In this document: in pieces, positions 1-13,497 of the stretch
Numbering within the stretch: position 1 is the stretch's first letter
How the letters are laid out: each line of letters opens with the position of its first letter
Assembly (NCBI GenBank): GCA_963674705.1
Contig: OY771506.1
Span: 2,560,001 to 2,624,000, forward strand
Direction of reading: 5' to 3'
Length of the DNA stretch: 64,000 nt
Source of the DNA: Phycisphaeraceae bacterium
GTDB lineage: Bacteria; Planctomycetota; Phycisphaerae; Phycisphaerales; Phycisphaeraceae
Program-made: the position numbers and the translations under genes
Notes under the pieces: generated by a model
Databases searched by the model: none
Seen by the model: only the letters and a program-made list of their open reading frames with translations
What the model was told of the DNA's origin: nothing

Positions 1-198
1 CGGCGATTGGGGATCAAGACCGTCGCGCTTAGCGGGGGCGTATTCTGCAACGAACGATTATCACGCAGCCTTACCGAAAGGTTGCGAGCACTTGGAGTGA
101 GAGTTTTGGCCCACCGTGAAGTCCCGGCGAACGACGGTGGTCTGGCGTTAGGCCAGGCCGCGGTAGCGTGTGCACGCCTGGACAAAGGGCTTGTTTGA
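1..198 (+). CDS. hypF: Carbamoyltransferase HypF, C-terminal end (5' partial)
   Basis: [10 protein letters not shown] and [12 protein letters not shown] motifs of the HypF Kae1-like C-terminus; directly upstream of hypC. Confidence 0.93.
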   Translation, partial: RRLGIKTVALSGGVFCNERLSRSLTERLRALGVRVLAHREVPANDGGLALGQAAVACARLDKGLV

Positions 199-216
199 AG
201 AAAGGGCGGACGGATT

Positions 217-450
217 ATGTGTTTAGCAGTACCAGCAAAACTTGTTGAATGTGAAGGCGGTCAAGGCGTGGCCGACCTGCATGGTAACCGCGTCCCGGTG
301 CAGACAGTGTTTGAACCTGAAGCGAAGGTTGGCGACTGGGTGTTGGTCCATGCGGGATTCGTGATCAAGCGACTTGAAGCCGACGAAGCGGAAGCGACCT
401 GGGCGGTGTTGGGCGATCTGGCGCGCAGCGCAGAGGAGGTCGACCAATGA
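217..450 (+). CDS. hypC: Hydrogenase maturation chaperone HypC
   Basis: N-terminal MCLAVP and GDWVLVHAGF motifs; 77 aa. Confidence 0.97.
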   Translation: MCLAVPAKLVECEGGQGVADLHGNRVPVQTVFEPEAKVGDWVLVHAGFVIKRLEADEAEATWAVLGDLARSAEEVDQ

Positions 451-1586
451 ACCAGGCGCAGCAGATGACAGCCAAAGCGCTGAAAGAACTGCACGAAACA
501 GCGGCACAGGTCGACAAGAAGATGGCGTTCATGGAAGTGTGCGGCACGCACACGATGGCGATCTTCCGCAGCGGCTTGCGCAGTCTGCTTCCTGAGAACG
601 TGAACCTGCTCAGCGGGCCGGGTTGCCCGGTGTGTGTCACGGCTCAGAGCGACATCGACATGCTGATCGCGCTGGCGTGCGACCATGATGTGACGATCTG
701 CACGTACGGCGACATGATCCGTGTACCGGGTGCACGCGGCAGCCTGGAACAGGCACGCGGCGATGGGGCGGATGTGCGCGTGGTGTATTCCAGCATGGAT
801 GCGGTTGATATTGCTCAGAAAGAGCCGCATCGACAGGTCGTGTTCGCGGCGGTCGGTTTCGAGACCACAGCGCCCGCGACGGCGGCGGCGGTGGGCCGGG
901 CGCATCAGCTTGGTCTGGAAAACTTCAGCATCCTCGCCAGTCATAAGTTAGTGATGCCGGCAGTGACGGCGTTACTGGATGGCGGGGGCGTGAAGCTGGA
1001 TGGGTTTATGCTGCCCGGGCACGTGTCGGTGATTACGGGTTGGCGTGAGTTTTTGCCGTTATCTGAACATTACAAGCTGCCTTGCGTGGTTGGCGGATTT
1101 GAAGACGAGCAGATGGTCGTCGCGATCGCGGACTTAGTGCGCATGGTGCGCGACGGCAAGCCGGGCTTGATCAATCAATACCCGCAGGCGGTGAGTCCTG
1201 ATGGGAATACGCTGGCGCTTGAGATTCTGAAGCGCGTGTTCGAGCCGCAGGATGTGCCTTGGCGTGGCCTGGGTGTGATCCCGAAGAGCGGGATGGTGCT
1301 TCGGGCGGAATACAAGCAGTTTGATGCTCAGCAGAAGTTTGGCTTGGAACGTCCGCCGGACCGTGAGCCTAAGGGCTGTCGGTGTGGCGAAGTGATCAGC
1401 GGCGCGGTGACGCCGGCCGAGTGTGTATTGTTTGATAATGGCTGCACGCCGACACATCCGATCGGGCCTTGCATGGTCAGTTCGGAAGGGACGTGCCAGG
1501 CGTGGTTCAAGTACCACCGGGTTAAGACCAGTGCGCGGAAACCGGGGCGGGCGGATCAACCTGCGGAATGCGAGGTCGTGTCATGA
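447..1586 (+). CDS. hypD: Hydrogenase formation protein HypD
   Basis: CGTH, GPGCPVC, GFETT, PGHVS and CMVSSEGTC motifs; ATGA overlap with hypC. Confidence 0.97.
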   Translation: MNQAQQMTAKALKELHETAAQVDKKMAFMEVCGTHTMAIFRSGLRSLLPENVNLLSGPGCPVCVTAQSDIDMLIALACDHDVTICTYGDMIRVPGARGSLEQARGDGADVRVVYSSMDAVDIAQKEPHRQVVFAAVGFETTAPATAAAVGRAHQLGLENFSILASHKLVMPAVTALLDGGGVKLDGFMLPGHVSVITGWREFLPLSEHYKLPCVVGGFEDEQMVVAIADLVRMVRDGKPGLINQYPQAVSPDGNTLALEILKRVFEPQDVPWRGLGVIPKSGMVLRAEYKQFDAQQKFGLERPPDREPKGCRCGEVISGAVTPAECVLFDNGCTPTHPIGPCMVSSEGTCQAWFKYHRVKTSARKPGRADQPAECEVVS

Positions 1587-2650
1587 CGCAGGCTGCCTCG
1601 CAATCCGGTTCCACATCCAAGAACGGCAGAACATCGGGGCCACGCGGTCGGATAACGCTTGCACATGGCGGCGGCGGCCAACTTACTGATGAACTGATCC
1701 AGAACGCGATACTGCCCAGGCTGGGCAACGACATGCTCAATGGGCTGCTGGATTCAGCGACATTACCGGCTAGCGGTGAAGAACGACTGGCGATGACAAT
1801 TGACAGCTACGTCGTGCAGCCGTGGCGGTTCCCGGGCGGCGATATCGGTCGGCTCGCGGTCTGCGGGACGGTGAATGACCTTGCGGTCTGCGGCGGCATC
1901 CCGATGGGCATTGCGCTGAGTCTGATACTGGCAGAAGGCTTTGAGATGTCTTCGCTGAACCAGGTGCTTGATTCGATCGCACAGGCCGGTGAAGAGGCTG
2001 GTGTTAATATTGTCACCGGTGACACGAAAGTGGTCGGCCGGGGACAGAGCGATGGGATCTACATTACAACCGCCGGGGTGGCGCGCGTACCTAAGGAAAG
2101 ATCACTTGGACCTTCGCGTGTCCAGCCCGGCGATGTTGTGATCGTGAATGGTCCGGTGGGCGAGCACGGTTTAGCGGTCATGCTTGAGCGTGAGTTGCCG
2201 CAGGTTAAGAGCGTACTTAAGAGCGATGCGGCGCCGTTAAATGGTTTGATCGCGAAGCTGTATGAGGCGGTGCCGGACGTTTTGTTCATGCGTGACGCGA
2301 CGCGATCCGGGCTGGCGGGGGTGGTATGTGATTTGGCACGTGATTGCGGATATCGCGTGACGTTGGATGAATCGTTAGTCCCGGTAAGGCCCGAGGCGCA
2401 GCACGCCGCGGACATGCTGGGATTGGACCCGTTAGAAGTTGCTAATGAAGGGAAGGTCGTAGCGTTGGTTCGGCCGGAGATGGCGGACGCCGCGATAAAT
2501 GCATTGAAAGAACATCCGCTGGGCGGGGCTGCCTGTATCGTCGGGCAAGTTGGCGAAGTTGATGACGGATTATGTGAGTTGCGTACGCTCATCGGGGGCA
2601 GAAGGATCATCCAGAAGCCTTACGGGGAGCAATTGCCGAGGATCTGTTAG
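1583..2650 (+). CDS. hypE: Hydrogenase maturation protein HypE
   Basis: LAHGGGG, GTVNDLA, GDTKVV motifs and C-terminal PRIC; ATG at 1583 overlaps the hypD stop. Confidence 0.97.
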   Translation: MTQAASQSGSTSKNGRTSGPRGRITLAHGGGGQLTDELIQNAILPRLGNDMLNGLLDSATLPASGEERLAMTIDSYVVQPWRFPGGDIGRLAVCGTVNDLAVCGGIPMGIALSLILAEGFEMSSLNQVLDSIAQAGEEAGVNIVTGDTKVVGRGQSDGIYITTAGVARVPKERSLGPSRVQPGDVVIVNGPVGEHGLAVMLERELPQVKSVLKSDAAPLNGLIAKLYEAVPDVLFMRDATRSGLAGVVCDLARDCGYRVTLDESLVPVRPEAQHAADMLGLDPLEVANEGKVVALVRPEMADAAINALKEHPLGGAACIVGQVGEVDDGLCELRTLIGGRRIIQKPYGEQLPRIC

Positions 2651-2671
2651 ACCCAGTGGAAAGGAGTCGGA

Positions 2672-3862
2672 ATGTCGATCGACGATCAGACGATTCGTGA
2701 CGTCTGGTTCCTGACAACACAGGGACTGGACGCCTTAATCCGTGCACTTCAGGAAAGGGGGTATACCGTCATTGCGCCGAGGGTGCGTGACGGCGTGATC
2801 GCGTTTGGCGAGGTCACGTCCGTCGATCAGATCGCCCACGGTGTCCGGGATGAATTAGCGCCCGGGCGTTATCGCCTCGTGAAAGATCAACTAAGTCGCC
2901 ATTTTCATTACGTGGTCGGGCAGGACAGCCCGAAGCGGTTCTTCTTCCCGCCGAAGCTTGAGCTTGTTTCGCTTCACGTGGAGGGTAAGAAGTTCGTGTT
3001 GGACCGCACTGCGCCCAAGCCGCCGAAGCTGGCGATCCTGGGTATAAGGCCTTGCGATCTGGCAGCGATCAAGATCCAGGACCGCGTGTTCGGGTATATG
3101 GATGGCGAGGCTGCTGAGCGTTGCGAAACCGACACGTACTACCACCAGGCGCGTAAGAATTCCTTGCTGATCGCTGCAAACTGCACGCAGCCTGGCGGGA
3201 CGTGTTTCTGTGCCTCGATGGGCACGGGCCCGCAGGCCAAGGAAGGATTCGACCTGTCACTCACGGAACTGGGCGGCGGTTTCATCCTGCGCGTCGGTTC
3301 GGATGCGGGTGCAGAGTTAGTCAAAGGTCTACCCGTGCGTGAACCTTCGCCTTCCGAGATTGAGCTTAGTCAGCTTAAGATCGACCAGGCCAGTGAGCGG
3401 ATGGGGCGTAAGCTCAATGACACGGGTTTGAAGCAGTTATTGTTCGAGCGGATCGAGCATCCATCGTGGGACGAGGTCGCCAAGCGTTGTCTGGCGTGCT
3501 CGAACTGCACGATGGTGTGCCCGACGTGTTTCTGCTCGACCGTGACGGATTCCAACGACCTTGCGACCGGCACGCTCAGCCGGACGAGAAGGTGGGAATC
3601 CTGCTTTACGCATCAGTTCAGCTACACGACAGCCGGTCCTGTGCGCAGCACCGTTCGCGCGCGGTATCGGCACTGGATGCGGCACAAACTCGGCACGTGG
3701 TGGGATCAGTTCCACTCATCGGGCTGTGTCGGTTGCGGCCGATGCATCACGTGGTGTCCGGTCGGGATCGATATCACCGCGCAGGTTGAACGCCTGCGCA
3801 GCAACGAAGCGGGTGAGCAGCCACAACGCTCCAGCCGTGTATCGAGGGGGGTGCTGGTATGA
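2672..3862 (+). CDS. hydB: Group 3b [NiFe] hydrogenase (sulfhydrogenase) beta subunit, 4Fe-4S dicluster protein
   Basis: [16 protein letters not shown] and [16 protein letters not shown] ferredoxin motifs, RPCD and CFCASMG; RBS AAGGAG. Confidence 0.9.
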   Translation: MSIDDQTIRDVWFLTTQGLDALIRALQERGYTVIAPRVRDGVIAFGEVTSVDQIAHGVRDELAPGRYRLVKDQLSRHFHYVVGQDSPKRFFFPPKLELVSLHVEGKKFVLDRTAPKPPKLAILGIRPCDLAAIKIQDRVFGYMDGEAAERCETDTYYHQARKNSLLIAANCTQPGGTCFCASMGTGPQAKEGFDLSLTELGGGFILRVGSDAGAELVKGLPVREPSPSEIELSQLKIDQASERMGRKLNDTGLKQLLFERIEHPSWDEVAKRCLACSNCTMVCPTCFCSTVTDSNDLATGTLSRTRRWESCFTHQFSYTTAGPVRSTVRARYRHWMRHKLGTWWDQFHSSGCVGCGRCITWCPVGIDITAQVERLRSNEAGEQPQRSSRVSRGVLV

Positions 3863-4734
3863 TTACACTAGCGACTTCCAATCGACCCGCACCGGTCTGC
3901 GGCCTGGATACGTGGGTGCCCGTGCCGGCTGAGATCGTGGATATCCAACGCGAAAACTTCAACACGCTGACTTACAAGTTGCGTTTCGTTGAACAGGTGC
4001 ATCGCGACAACTACCGGTTCCTGCCCGGGCAGTTCAATATGCTGTACATCCCCGGCGTCGGTGAGGCGGCGATCTCTATCAGCAGCGATCCGGAAGAGAC
4101 CGAAACCATCGGGCACACGGTGCGCGTGGTCGGTTCGGTGACACGCGCGATCGAGCGTATGGGTGTCGGCGGCGTGATCGGCCTGCGTGGCCCGTTCGGG
4201 CGCGGCTGGCCGCTGGGCGCGCTGCGTGGTCAGGATGTGGTGATTGTGGCCGGCGGTATCGGGCTTGCGCCGATGCGGCCAGCGATCTACTCCTTGCTCA
4301 AGCATCGCGAAGAGTTTGGGCGTGTCATGTTGCTTTATGGTTGCCGATCTCCAGACGACCGCGTGTTCGCACCGGAACTGGAGAAGTGGACGGCCGATGA
4401 ATCGATCCAGGTGCTGGTCACGGTGGATAACGCGACCGGCGGATGGGTCGGGCCCGTGGGTGTTGTGACGAACCTGTTGCAACGCATCCGGGTGAATGCG
4501 GAGAAGACGGTGGTCATGGTGTGCGGCCCGCCGATCCTCAACCGTGTGGCGGCGTGGCAGTTCCTGCAACTGCACGTCCCGCCGGACCGCGTGTACGTCA
4601 GCCTTGAACGCAACATGAATTGCGGCTTCGGACGGTGTGGCCACTGTCAGTACGGCCGGAAGTTTGTCTGCACCGACGGGCCGGTCTTCGCTTTCAGCGA
4701 AGTCGCCGACATCTTCGGAAAGGAGGAGATCTGA
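3859..4734 (+). CDS. hydG: Group 3b hydrogenase gamma subunit, FAD/NAD(P)-binding with 2Fe-2S
   Basis: [25 protein letters not shown] and [14 protein letters not shown] motifs. Confidence 0.92.
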   Translation: MITLATSNRPAPVCGLDTWVPVPAEIVDIQRENFNTLTYKLRFVEQVHRDNYRFLPGQFNMLYIPGVGEAAISISSDPEETETIGHTVRVVGSVTRAIERMGVGGVIGLRGPFGRGWPLGALRGQDVVIVAGGIGLAPMRPAIYSLLKHREEFGRVMLLYGCRSPDDRVFAPELEKWTADESIQVLVTVDNATGGWVGPVGVVTNLLQRIRVNAEKTVVMVCGPPILNRVAAWQFLQLHVPPDRVYVSLERNMNCGFGRCGHCQYGRKFVCTDGPVFAFSEVADIFGKEEI

Positions 4735-4736
4735 TC

Positions 4737-5549
4737 ATGTCAGCTATCAGTATCCCCGCTAAGACAGACAAACCCAAGCTGGCGGTCTATAAGTTCTCGA
4801 GTTGTGACGGCTGCCAGTTAACACTTCTGAACCTTGAAGATCAGTTGTTGGATATCGTTGGTGCGGTCGAGATCGCTTTCTTCCTGGAGGCGAGGCGACG
4901 TGTGTTACCGCCGCCGTATGACATCGGGCTGATCGAGGGCAGTGTCTCGACGCCCGAGGAAGAGGAGCGTGTGCACCAGGTCCGCCGGGACTGTAAGTAC
5001 CTGATCGCGATCGGTGCGTGCGCGACGTCCGGCGGTATCCAGTCGTTACGGAACTGGTCAAACGTCAAGGAATTCGCGGACCGTGTGTATGCCAGCCCCG
5101 AATACCTGAGCACGCTGGAGACGTCGACGCCCGTCGCGGCCCACGTGTTCGTCGACTTTGAATTGCGTGGCTGTCCGATCAGCCCGAATCAATTGCTGGA
5201 AGTGATTTCAGCGTTGCTCGTGGGTCGTAAGCCGCGCATCCCGTCGTACAGTGTTTGCATGGAATGCAAGCGTGCCGGCTATCCGTGCACGCTGGTATCC
5301 AAGGGTGAACCCTGTCTGGGTCCGATCACGCAGGCCGGCTGCGGCGCGTTGTGCCCGAGTTGTTCGCGCGCGTGCTACGGCTGCTTCGGCCCGATGGACC
5401 AGCCCAATATCACTTCGTTAGGCAACAAGATCACAGGAGAACTCAATAAGACCAACCGCGATATGAAGCGCATGCTGCGCACGTTCAATGGATATCTCGA
5501 ACCCTTCAAACAAGCGAGCGATCACTATGAAAGACTCGAAAAGCGATAA
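4737..5549 (+). CDS. hydD: Group 3b hydrogenase delta (small) subunit
   Basis: SSCDGCQ, EGS, GACA, GCP, and distal CMEC..CLGP..GCGALCP..CYGC; ATG at 4737 after AAGGAGG. Confidence 0.92.
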   Translation: MSAISIPAKTDKPKLAVYKFSSCDGCQLTLLNLEDQLLDIVGAVEIAFFLEARRRVLPPPYDIGLIEGSVSTPEEEERVHQVRRDCKYLIAIGACATSGGIQSLRNWSNVKEFADRVYASPEYLSTLETSTPVAAHVFVDFELRGCPISPNQLLEVISALLVGRKPRIPSYSVCMECKRAGYPCTLVSKGEPCLGPITQAGCGALCPSCSRACYGCFGPMDQPNITSLGNKITGELNKTNRDMKRMLRTFNGYLEPFKQASDHYERLEKR

Positions 5550-6864
5550 GGCGGGAACACGCACGATCCGTGTCGGTGCCCTCGCCCGAGTCGAGGGTGA
5601 AGGCGCGCTGCACCTGGTCATGGATGGCGACCAGGTGGAGAAGGTCAACCTGGAAATTTACGAACCGCCGCGGTTTTATGAAGCGTTTCTGCGCGGCCGG
5701 GACTTCATGGAAGTGCCGGACATCACCGCGCGTATCTGCGGTATCTGTCCCGTTGCCTACCAGATGGGCTCCGCCCATGCACTGGAAAAGGCGATGGGTG
5801 TCTACGACGAGGTGACACCCGAAATCCGCGAGCTGCGTGACTTGCTGTACTGCGGCGAATGGATCGAGAGTCACGTCCTGCACATGTTCATGCTTCACCT
5901 GCCCGACTTCCTCGGCTATGAAAGCGCGATCAGTATGGCCGCCGATCATGGCGAGACGGTCAAGCAGGCGTTGCGTATCAAGAAGCTGGGCAACGTGATC
6001 ATGGATGTGACCGCCGGGCGGAGTGTGCACCCGGTGAATGTCTGTGTCGGCGGGTTCTATAAAGCCCCCGATCCGGACAAGCTCAAGGCGCTACTGCCCG
6101 AGATCGAAGCATGCCTGGACCTGATGTGTCAGTTGACTTTGTTCCTGGCAGAGAAGATCGACTACCCGGACCTCGAGCGCGATTATGAGTTTGTCGCGTT
6201 GTGCCCGGATGAGGGGTACTCGATGAACCTCGGCCGGATCAAGAGCAACAAGGGCCTGGATGTCGATCAGCAGGAATTCGGTGCTGCGATCGAAGAACAG
6301 CACAAGGCACACTCGACGGCGCTGCACTCGATCATCAAGGGTCGGGGTGAATACCTGGTCGGTCCTTTGGCTCGGTTGAACCTCATGCATGAAGGTTTGC
6401 ATCCCAAGGCGAAGGAGTTGGTGCCGAAGGTCTGCAAGCTGATTGGTAAGAACCTGCCCTGGCAGAACAACTTCCTGAGTCTGCCGGCCCGCGGGATCGA
6501 GACGGTGCATGCACTGGCGTTAGCGGCGGATATCATCCGCAACTACACGCTGCCGCAGATCAGCCGGGTGCGCATCACACCACGCGCGGGCTATGGGGGC
6601 CACGGCACAGAAGCGCCGCGTGGCGTGTGCTGGCATGAGTATGAAACCGAGGATGATGGCAGCATCAGGACCGCTCACATCGTGCCGCCGACGGCCCAGA
6701 ACCAGACGACGATCGAGTCGGACCTGCGTGAACTGGCCCGGCAGGTGGTGGCACTTTCCGATGAGGATGCGGCCCTGAGATGTGAGCATCTGATTCGGAA
6801 TTACGACCCGTGTATCAGTTGTTCGGTACACTTTCTAAAATTCAAAAGGACCTTAAAATCTTGA
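5527..6864 (+). CDS. hydA: Group 3b [NiFe] hydrogenase alpha (large) subunit
   Basis: ARVEGEG, L1 RICGICP, EAPRG, L2 DPCISCSVH followed by a cleavable C-terminal extension. Confidence 0.95.
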   Translation: MKDSKSDKAGTRTIRVGALARVEGEGALHLVMDGDQVEKVNLEIYEPPRFYEAFLRGRDFMEVPDITARICGICPVAYQMGSAHALEKAMGVYDEVTPEIRELRDLLYCGEWIESHVLHMFMLHLPDFLGYESAISMAADHGETVKQALRIKKLGNVIMDVTAGRSVHPVNVCVGGFYKAPDPDKLKALLPEIEACLDLMCQLTLFLAEKIDYPDLERDYEFVALCPDEGYSMNLGRIKSNKGLDVDQQEFGAAIEEQHKAHSTALHSIIKGRGEYLVGPLARLNLMHEGLHPKAKELVPKVCKLIGKNLPWQNNFLSLPARGIETVHALALAADIIRNYTLPQISRVRITPRAGYGGHGTEAPRGVCWHEYETEDDGSIRTAHIVPPTAQNQTTIESDLRELARQVVALSDEDAALRCEHLIRNYDPCISCSVHFLKFKRTLKS

Positions 6865-6909
6865 TCTTGGCCCCCGGCATCCCGGGAATATGAAAGTGAT
6901 TGATTTATA

Positions 6910-7419
6910 ATGAGTTACAGCCAAAACAACCTGCTAATCGCCACGTGCGGCAATCTGATGGCTTCGGATGACGCCTTCGGGCCGATGGTGGCTCGGGATT
7001 TAAGGCAGCTAAATCCGTCGGGAATCGAGGTCGTGGACCTGGATATCCGGCCGGCGGCGCTGCTGGACTACCTGCCCGGCAGGACAGGGCTGATTCTTGT
7101 GGATGCGGTTCACGCCCCCGGCTTAACGCCGGGGCGCGTGCTTGACTGGGACTGGTTCTCGCCGGATCGGCCTGAACTGGTCAATGATGACACGATGAGC
7201 ACGCACGGGCTGAGCCTGGCGATGCAGATCGATATGGCGGATCAGCTAGGCATGCTGCCGTCCTACGTTCGACTGATCGGCCTGACGATCGATCCCACGC
7301 TGGCGGTCGGTCAAAAGGCTAGCCCGGACCTGGTCCGCAACGTACTGACCGCGGCGGACCTGATTCGCATGCATGCGGAGCACCGAAGCGACACACCTCG
7401 GGAGCCGCAGTATGCATGA
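6910..7419 (+). CDS. Hydrogenase maturation endopeptidase (HycI/HybD family)
   Basis: GNLMASDDAFGP, LVDAV and STHGL motifs; follows the large subunit. Confidence 0.88.
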   Translation: MSYSQNNLLIATCGNLMASDDAFGPMVARDLRQLNPSGIEVVDLDIRPAALLDYLPGRTGLILVDAVHAPGLTPGRVLDWDWFSPDRPELVNDDTMSTHGLSLAMQIDMADQLGMLPSYVRLIGLTIDPTLAVGQKASPDLVRNVLTAADLIRMHAEHRSDTPREPQYA

Positions 7420-7810
7420 GATGTCCATCGCAACAGCGCTGGTGGGGCTGACCCGTGAACACGTCCCGAAGCAGGCGCAGGTGCGGTGCGTGCGGGTAAG
7501 AGTCGGGCCGATGCAGGCGATCGAACCGGAGGCGATGACATTTGCCTGGGAGGCGGCGACGGGCGGGACCGAACTGGAAGGTGCGGAACTGTCACTGACG
7601 TATGTGCCCTGGTCGTTACACTGCCGCGGGTGTGATCGGCGGTGGGAGCACAGCGACTGGCCCGTGATCTGTGATTGCGGAAGTGCCGATGTTGACCCTG
7701 CGGGCAGCGATGAATTGACCTTGTTATCGATTGAGATCGATGACGAGCAAGACGACGATCAAGAGCCGGTTAACCGTGAGACCGGATCTGTGATAAGGAA
7801 AGGAGTTTGA
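7412..7810 (+). CDS. hypA: Nickel metallochaperone HypA
   Basis: N-terminal MHE, CRGC...CDC zinc site, G.EL.L.SIE motif. Confidence 0.92.
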   Translation: MHEMSIATALVGLTREHVPKQAQVRCVRVRVGPMQAIEPEAMTFAWEAATGGTELEGAELSLTYVPWSLHCRGCDRRWEHSDWPVICDCGSADVDPAGSDELTLLSIEIDDEQDDDQEPVNRETGSVIRKGV

Positions 7811-7812
7811 CT

Positions 7813-8496
7813 ATGGCGGAAGTCAAAGTTGTTCAGAACGTTCTAAAACACAACGACGAGATCGCGGCGATGAACCGCGAGACTCTGAAGCAGGCGGGCG
7901 TCTACTGCATCGATCTGATCGGCGCGCCCGGCTGCGGCAAGACGTCGTTGCTGGAGGCGACGCTCGAACAATTACATGACAAGATGAACATCGGGATCAT
8001 CGCCGGGGACCTGGCGACGGATCGCGATGCTCAACGCCTGCACGCCAAGGGCGCCCGGGTCGTGCAGGTCAACACAGGCAAGGGCTGCCATCTTGATGCC
8101 AACCAGGTCCGACACGCGATCGATGGGATCGATCTGAATGGTCTGGACCTGTTGGTGATCGAGAATGTCGGTAACCTGATCTGCCCAGTGGGTTTCGACT
8201 TGGGGCAGGCGGCGAAGGTCGGGATGTTCAGCGTATGCGAGGGCGATGACAAGGCGGCTAAGCACCCGCACCTGGTTTACGCCGCCAATGTGCTTTTGCT
8301 GAACAAGACCGATCTGATGGAACATGTTAAATTTGATCCCAATATTTTCCGCCAAGACGTCCAGCGGCTTAATCCGGACGTGCCGGTGATCGATATCTCG
8401 GTCGCCCGGGCACAACTGGACCGTTGGCTGGACTGGCTCACTTCCAATACACGTGCGGCCCAGGCCGTTTCACCCGTGCCGACAGGCAATAGTTAA
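7813..8496 (+). CDS. hypB: Nickel-insertion GTPase HypB
   Basis: GAPGCGKT, GCHLDA, ENVGNLICP, EGDDK and NKTD motifs; RBS AAGGAG. Confidence 0.95.
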   Translation: MAEVKVVQNVLKHNDEIAAMNRETLKQAGVYCIDLIGAPGCGKTSLLEATLEQLHDKMNIGIIAGDLATDRDAQRLHAKGARVVQVNTGKGCHLDANQVRHAIDGIDLNGLDLLVIENVGNLICPVGFDLGQAAKVGMFSVCEGDDKAAKHPHLVYAANVLLLNKTDLMEHVKFDPNIFRQDVQRLNPDVPVIDISVARAQLDRWLDWLTSNTRAAQAVSPVPTGNS

Positions 8497-8509
8497 GGAG
8501 TAACAGTAG

Positions 8510-12082
<3,573 letters not shown>

Positions 12083-12145
12083 TTCTTGAACATTCATACC
12101 CCCCCCCACGTTAAGTGGGGGGGACATTTATACGGAGTAAAAAAG

Positions 12146-13135
12146 ATGGACCTTTCCACAAAGTATATGGGCATCGAAATGTCCCACCCCCTGATGGTCG
12201 GTGCGAGCCCGCTTGCCTATGACCTGAGCACAGTGAAACGGCTGGAAGATGCCGGCGCCAGTGCGATCGTGATGCCTTCGTTATTCGAAGAGCAGATCCT
12301 GCGTGAACAGTTAGCGACGAACGCCAGCCTGATGGCACATAATGAATCGTACGCGGAAGCACTGAGTTACTTTCCCGATCCGGAAGAATTCAAGCTTGGA
12401 CCACATGAGTATCTCGATAAAGTGAGTGCGGTGAAGAGCCACACAAGCATGCCCGTGATCGCGTCGCTGAACGGCATGCGTGACGGGCACTGGCTTGAAT
12501 ATGCCAAGCAGATCGAACAGGCTGGTGCGGATGCGCTTGAGTTGAACGTGTATTACATCGCGATGGACCCGAAGGAAACCAGTGATGACCTGGAAAACCG
12601 AGCGGTCGATATGGTCAAGCAGGTGAAGGCCGCGACGAAGTTGCCGCTGGCGGTGAAGCTCTCGCCGTTCTATACATCGCTTGCCAATGTCGCGCAGCGG
12701 CTGGTTGATGCCGGCGCTGATGCGCTGGTGGTTTTTAACCGCTTCTATCAGCCTGACATCGATGTGGAAGAGCTTGATGTGATGCGTGTGAATCTGTCGA
12801 GCACGTCGGAACTGCTGCTGCGTCTACGTTGGCTGGCAATTTTGTCGAGCCAGGTTAAGGTTTCGCTGGCGGTGACTGGCGGCGTTCATACCGAGGTGGA
12901 CGCGGTGAAGTCGGTGATGGCCGGTGCAGACGCGGTGCAGATGGTTTCGGCGCTATTGCAGAACGGGCCGGAATATATCACGACGGTGCGTGAGGATCTT
13001 GAACGCTGGCTGGTCGAGCATGAATATGAATCGCTGGCCCAGATGCGTGGCAGCATGAACCTGCAGAACAGCCCGAACCCGGCCGCGTATGAGCGGGCCA
13101 ACTACGTCCAGGTGCTGCAAAGCTGGACGACATAA
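12146..13135 (+). CDS. Dihydroorotate dehydrogenase-like FMN protein (PFOR-associated type)
   Basis: DLST.YMG, SLFEEQI, VKLSP, FNRFYQPDID, TGGVH and YERANY motifs; lacks the DHOD catalytic Cys loop. Confidence 0.85.
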   Translation: MDLSTKYMGIEMSHPLMVGASPLAYDLSTVKRLEDAGASAIVMPSLFEEQILREQLATNASLMAHNESYAEALSYFPDPEEFKLGPHEYLDKVSAVKSHTSMPVIASLNGMRDGHWLEYAKQIEQAGADALELNVYYIAMDPKETSDDLENRAVDMVKQVKAATKLPLAVKLSPFYTSLANVAQRLVDAGADALVVFNRFYQPDIDVEELDVMRVNLSSTSELLLRLRWLAILSSQVKVSLAVTGGVHTEVDAVKSVMAGADAVQMVSALLQNGPEYITTVREDLERWLVEHEYESLAQMRGSMNLQNSPNPAAYERANYVQVLQSWTT

Positions 13136-13187
13136 AGTGGTGTCGGTTAAAAATACGTGTTTTCCCTTGTGTTGACGCGTATTTGGG

Positions 13188-13216
13188 TTGAAAAAAAGAC
13201 CCAACATTGGTATAAA
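13188..13216 (+). promoter_or_regulatory. sigma70-like promoter TTGAAA-N17-TATAAA with extended -10 TG
   Basis: Direct motif match in an AT-rich intergenic region. Confidence 0.5.
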
Positions 13217-13235
13217 ACAAATACATATTTTGTAC

Positions 13236-13269
13236 AGGGAGTTGTCTCTTTCGGGGCATCTCCCTTTTT
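13236..13269 (+). terminator. Rho-independent terminator
   Basis: AGGGAG-TTGTCTC-TTTC-GGGGCA-TCTCCCT hairpin followed by a T run. Confidence 0.7.
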
Positions 13270-13497
13270 GCTGCATACACGGGGCTAAGGCTTTGGGCGG
13301 GCCGTGGGGGTGAAAGTGGGGGTGTGCTATGCACGTCGAAAGTTATCCGTCTGTTGACAACAAACCCCAATCCCTTCTTGTGTTAGTTGACACAGTGACA
13401 CAGTCTTTTCATGCGCAGTAGTGAATACACGTACCACGTTCACTACTGTGCCTGTCGTTCGGTTCACATCTGTAAACAACAAAAGGAGTGATTCAAG

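Noticed and set aside
5527..6864. Selenocysteine ([NiFeSe]) hydrogenase
   Set aside because: All four Ni-ligand positions are Cys codons, with no in-frame TGA
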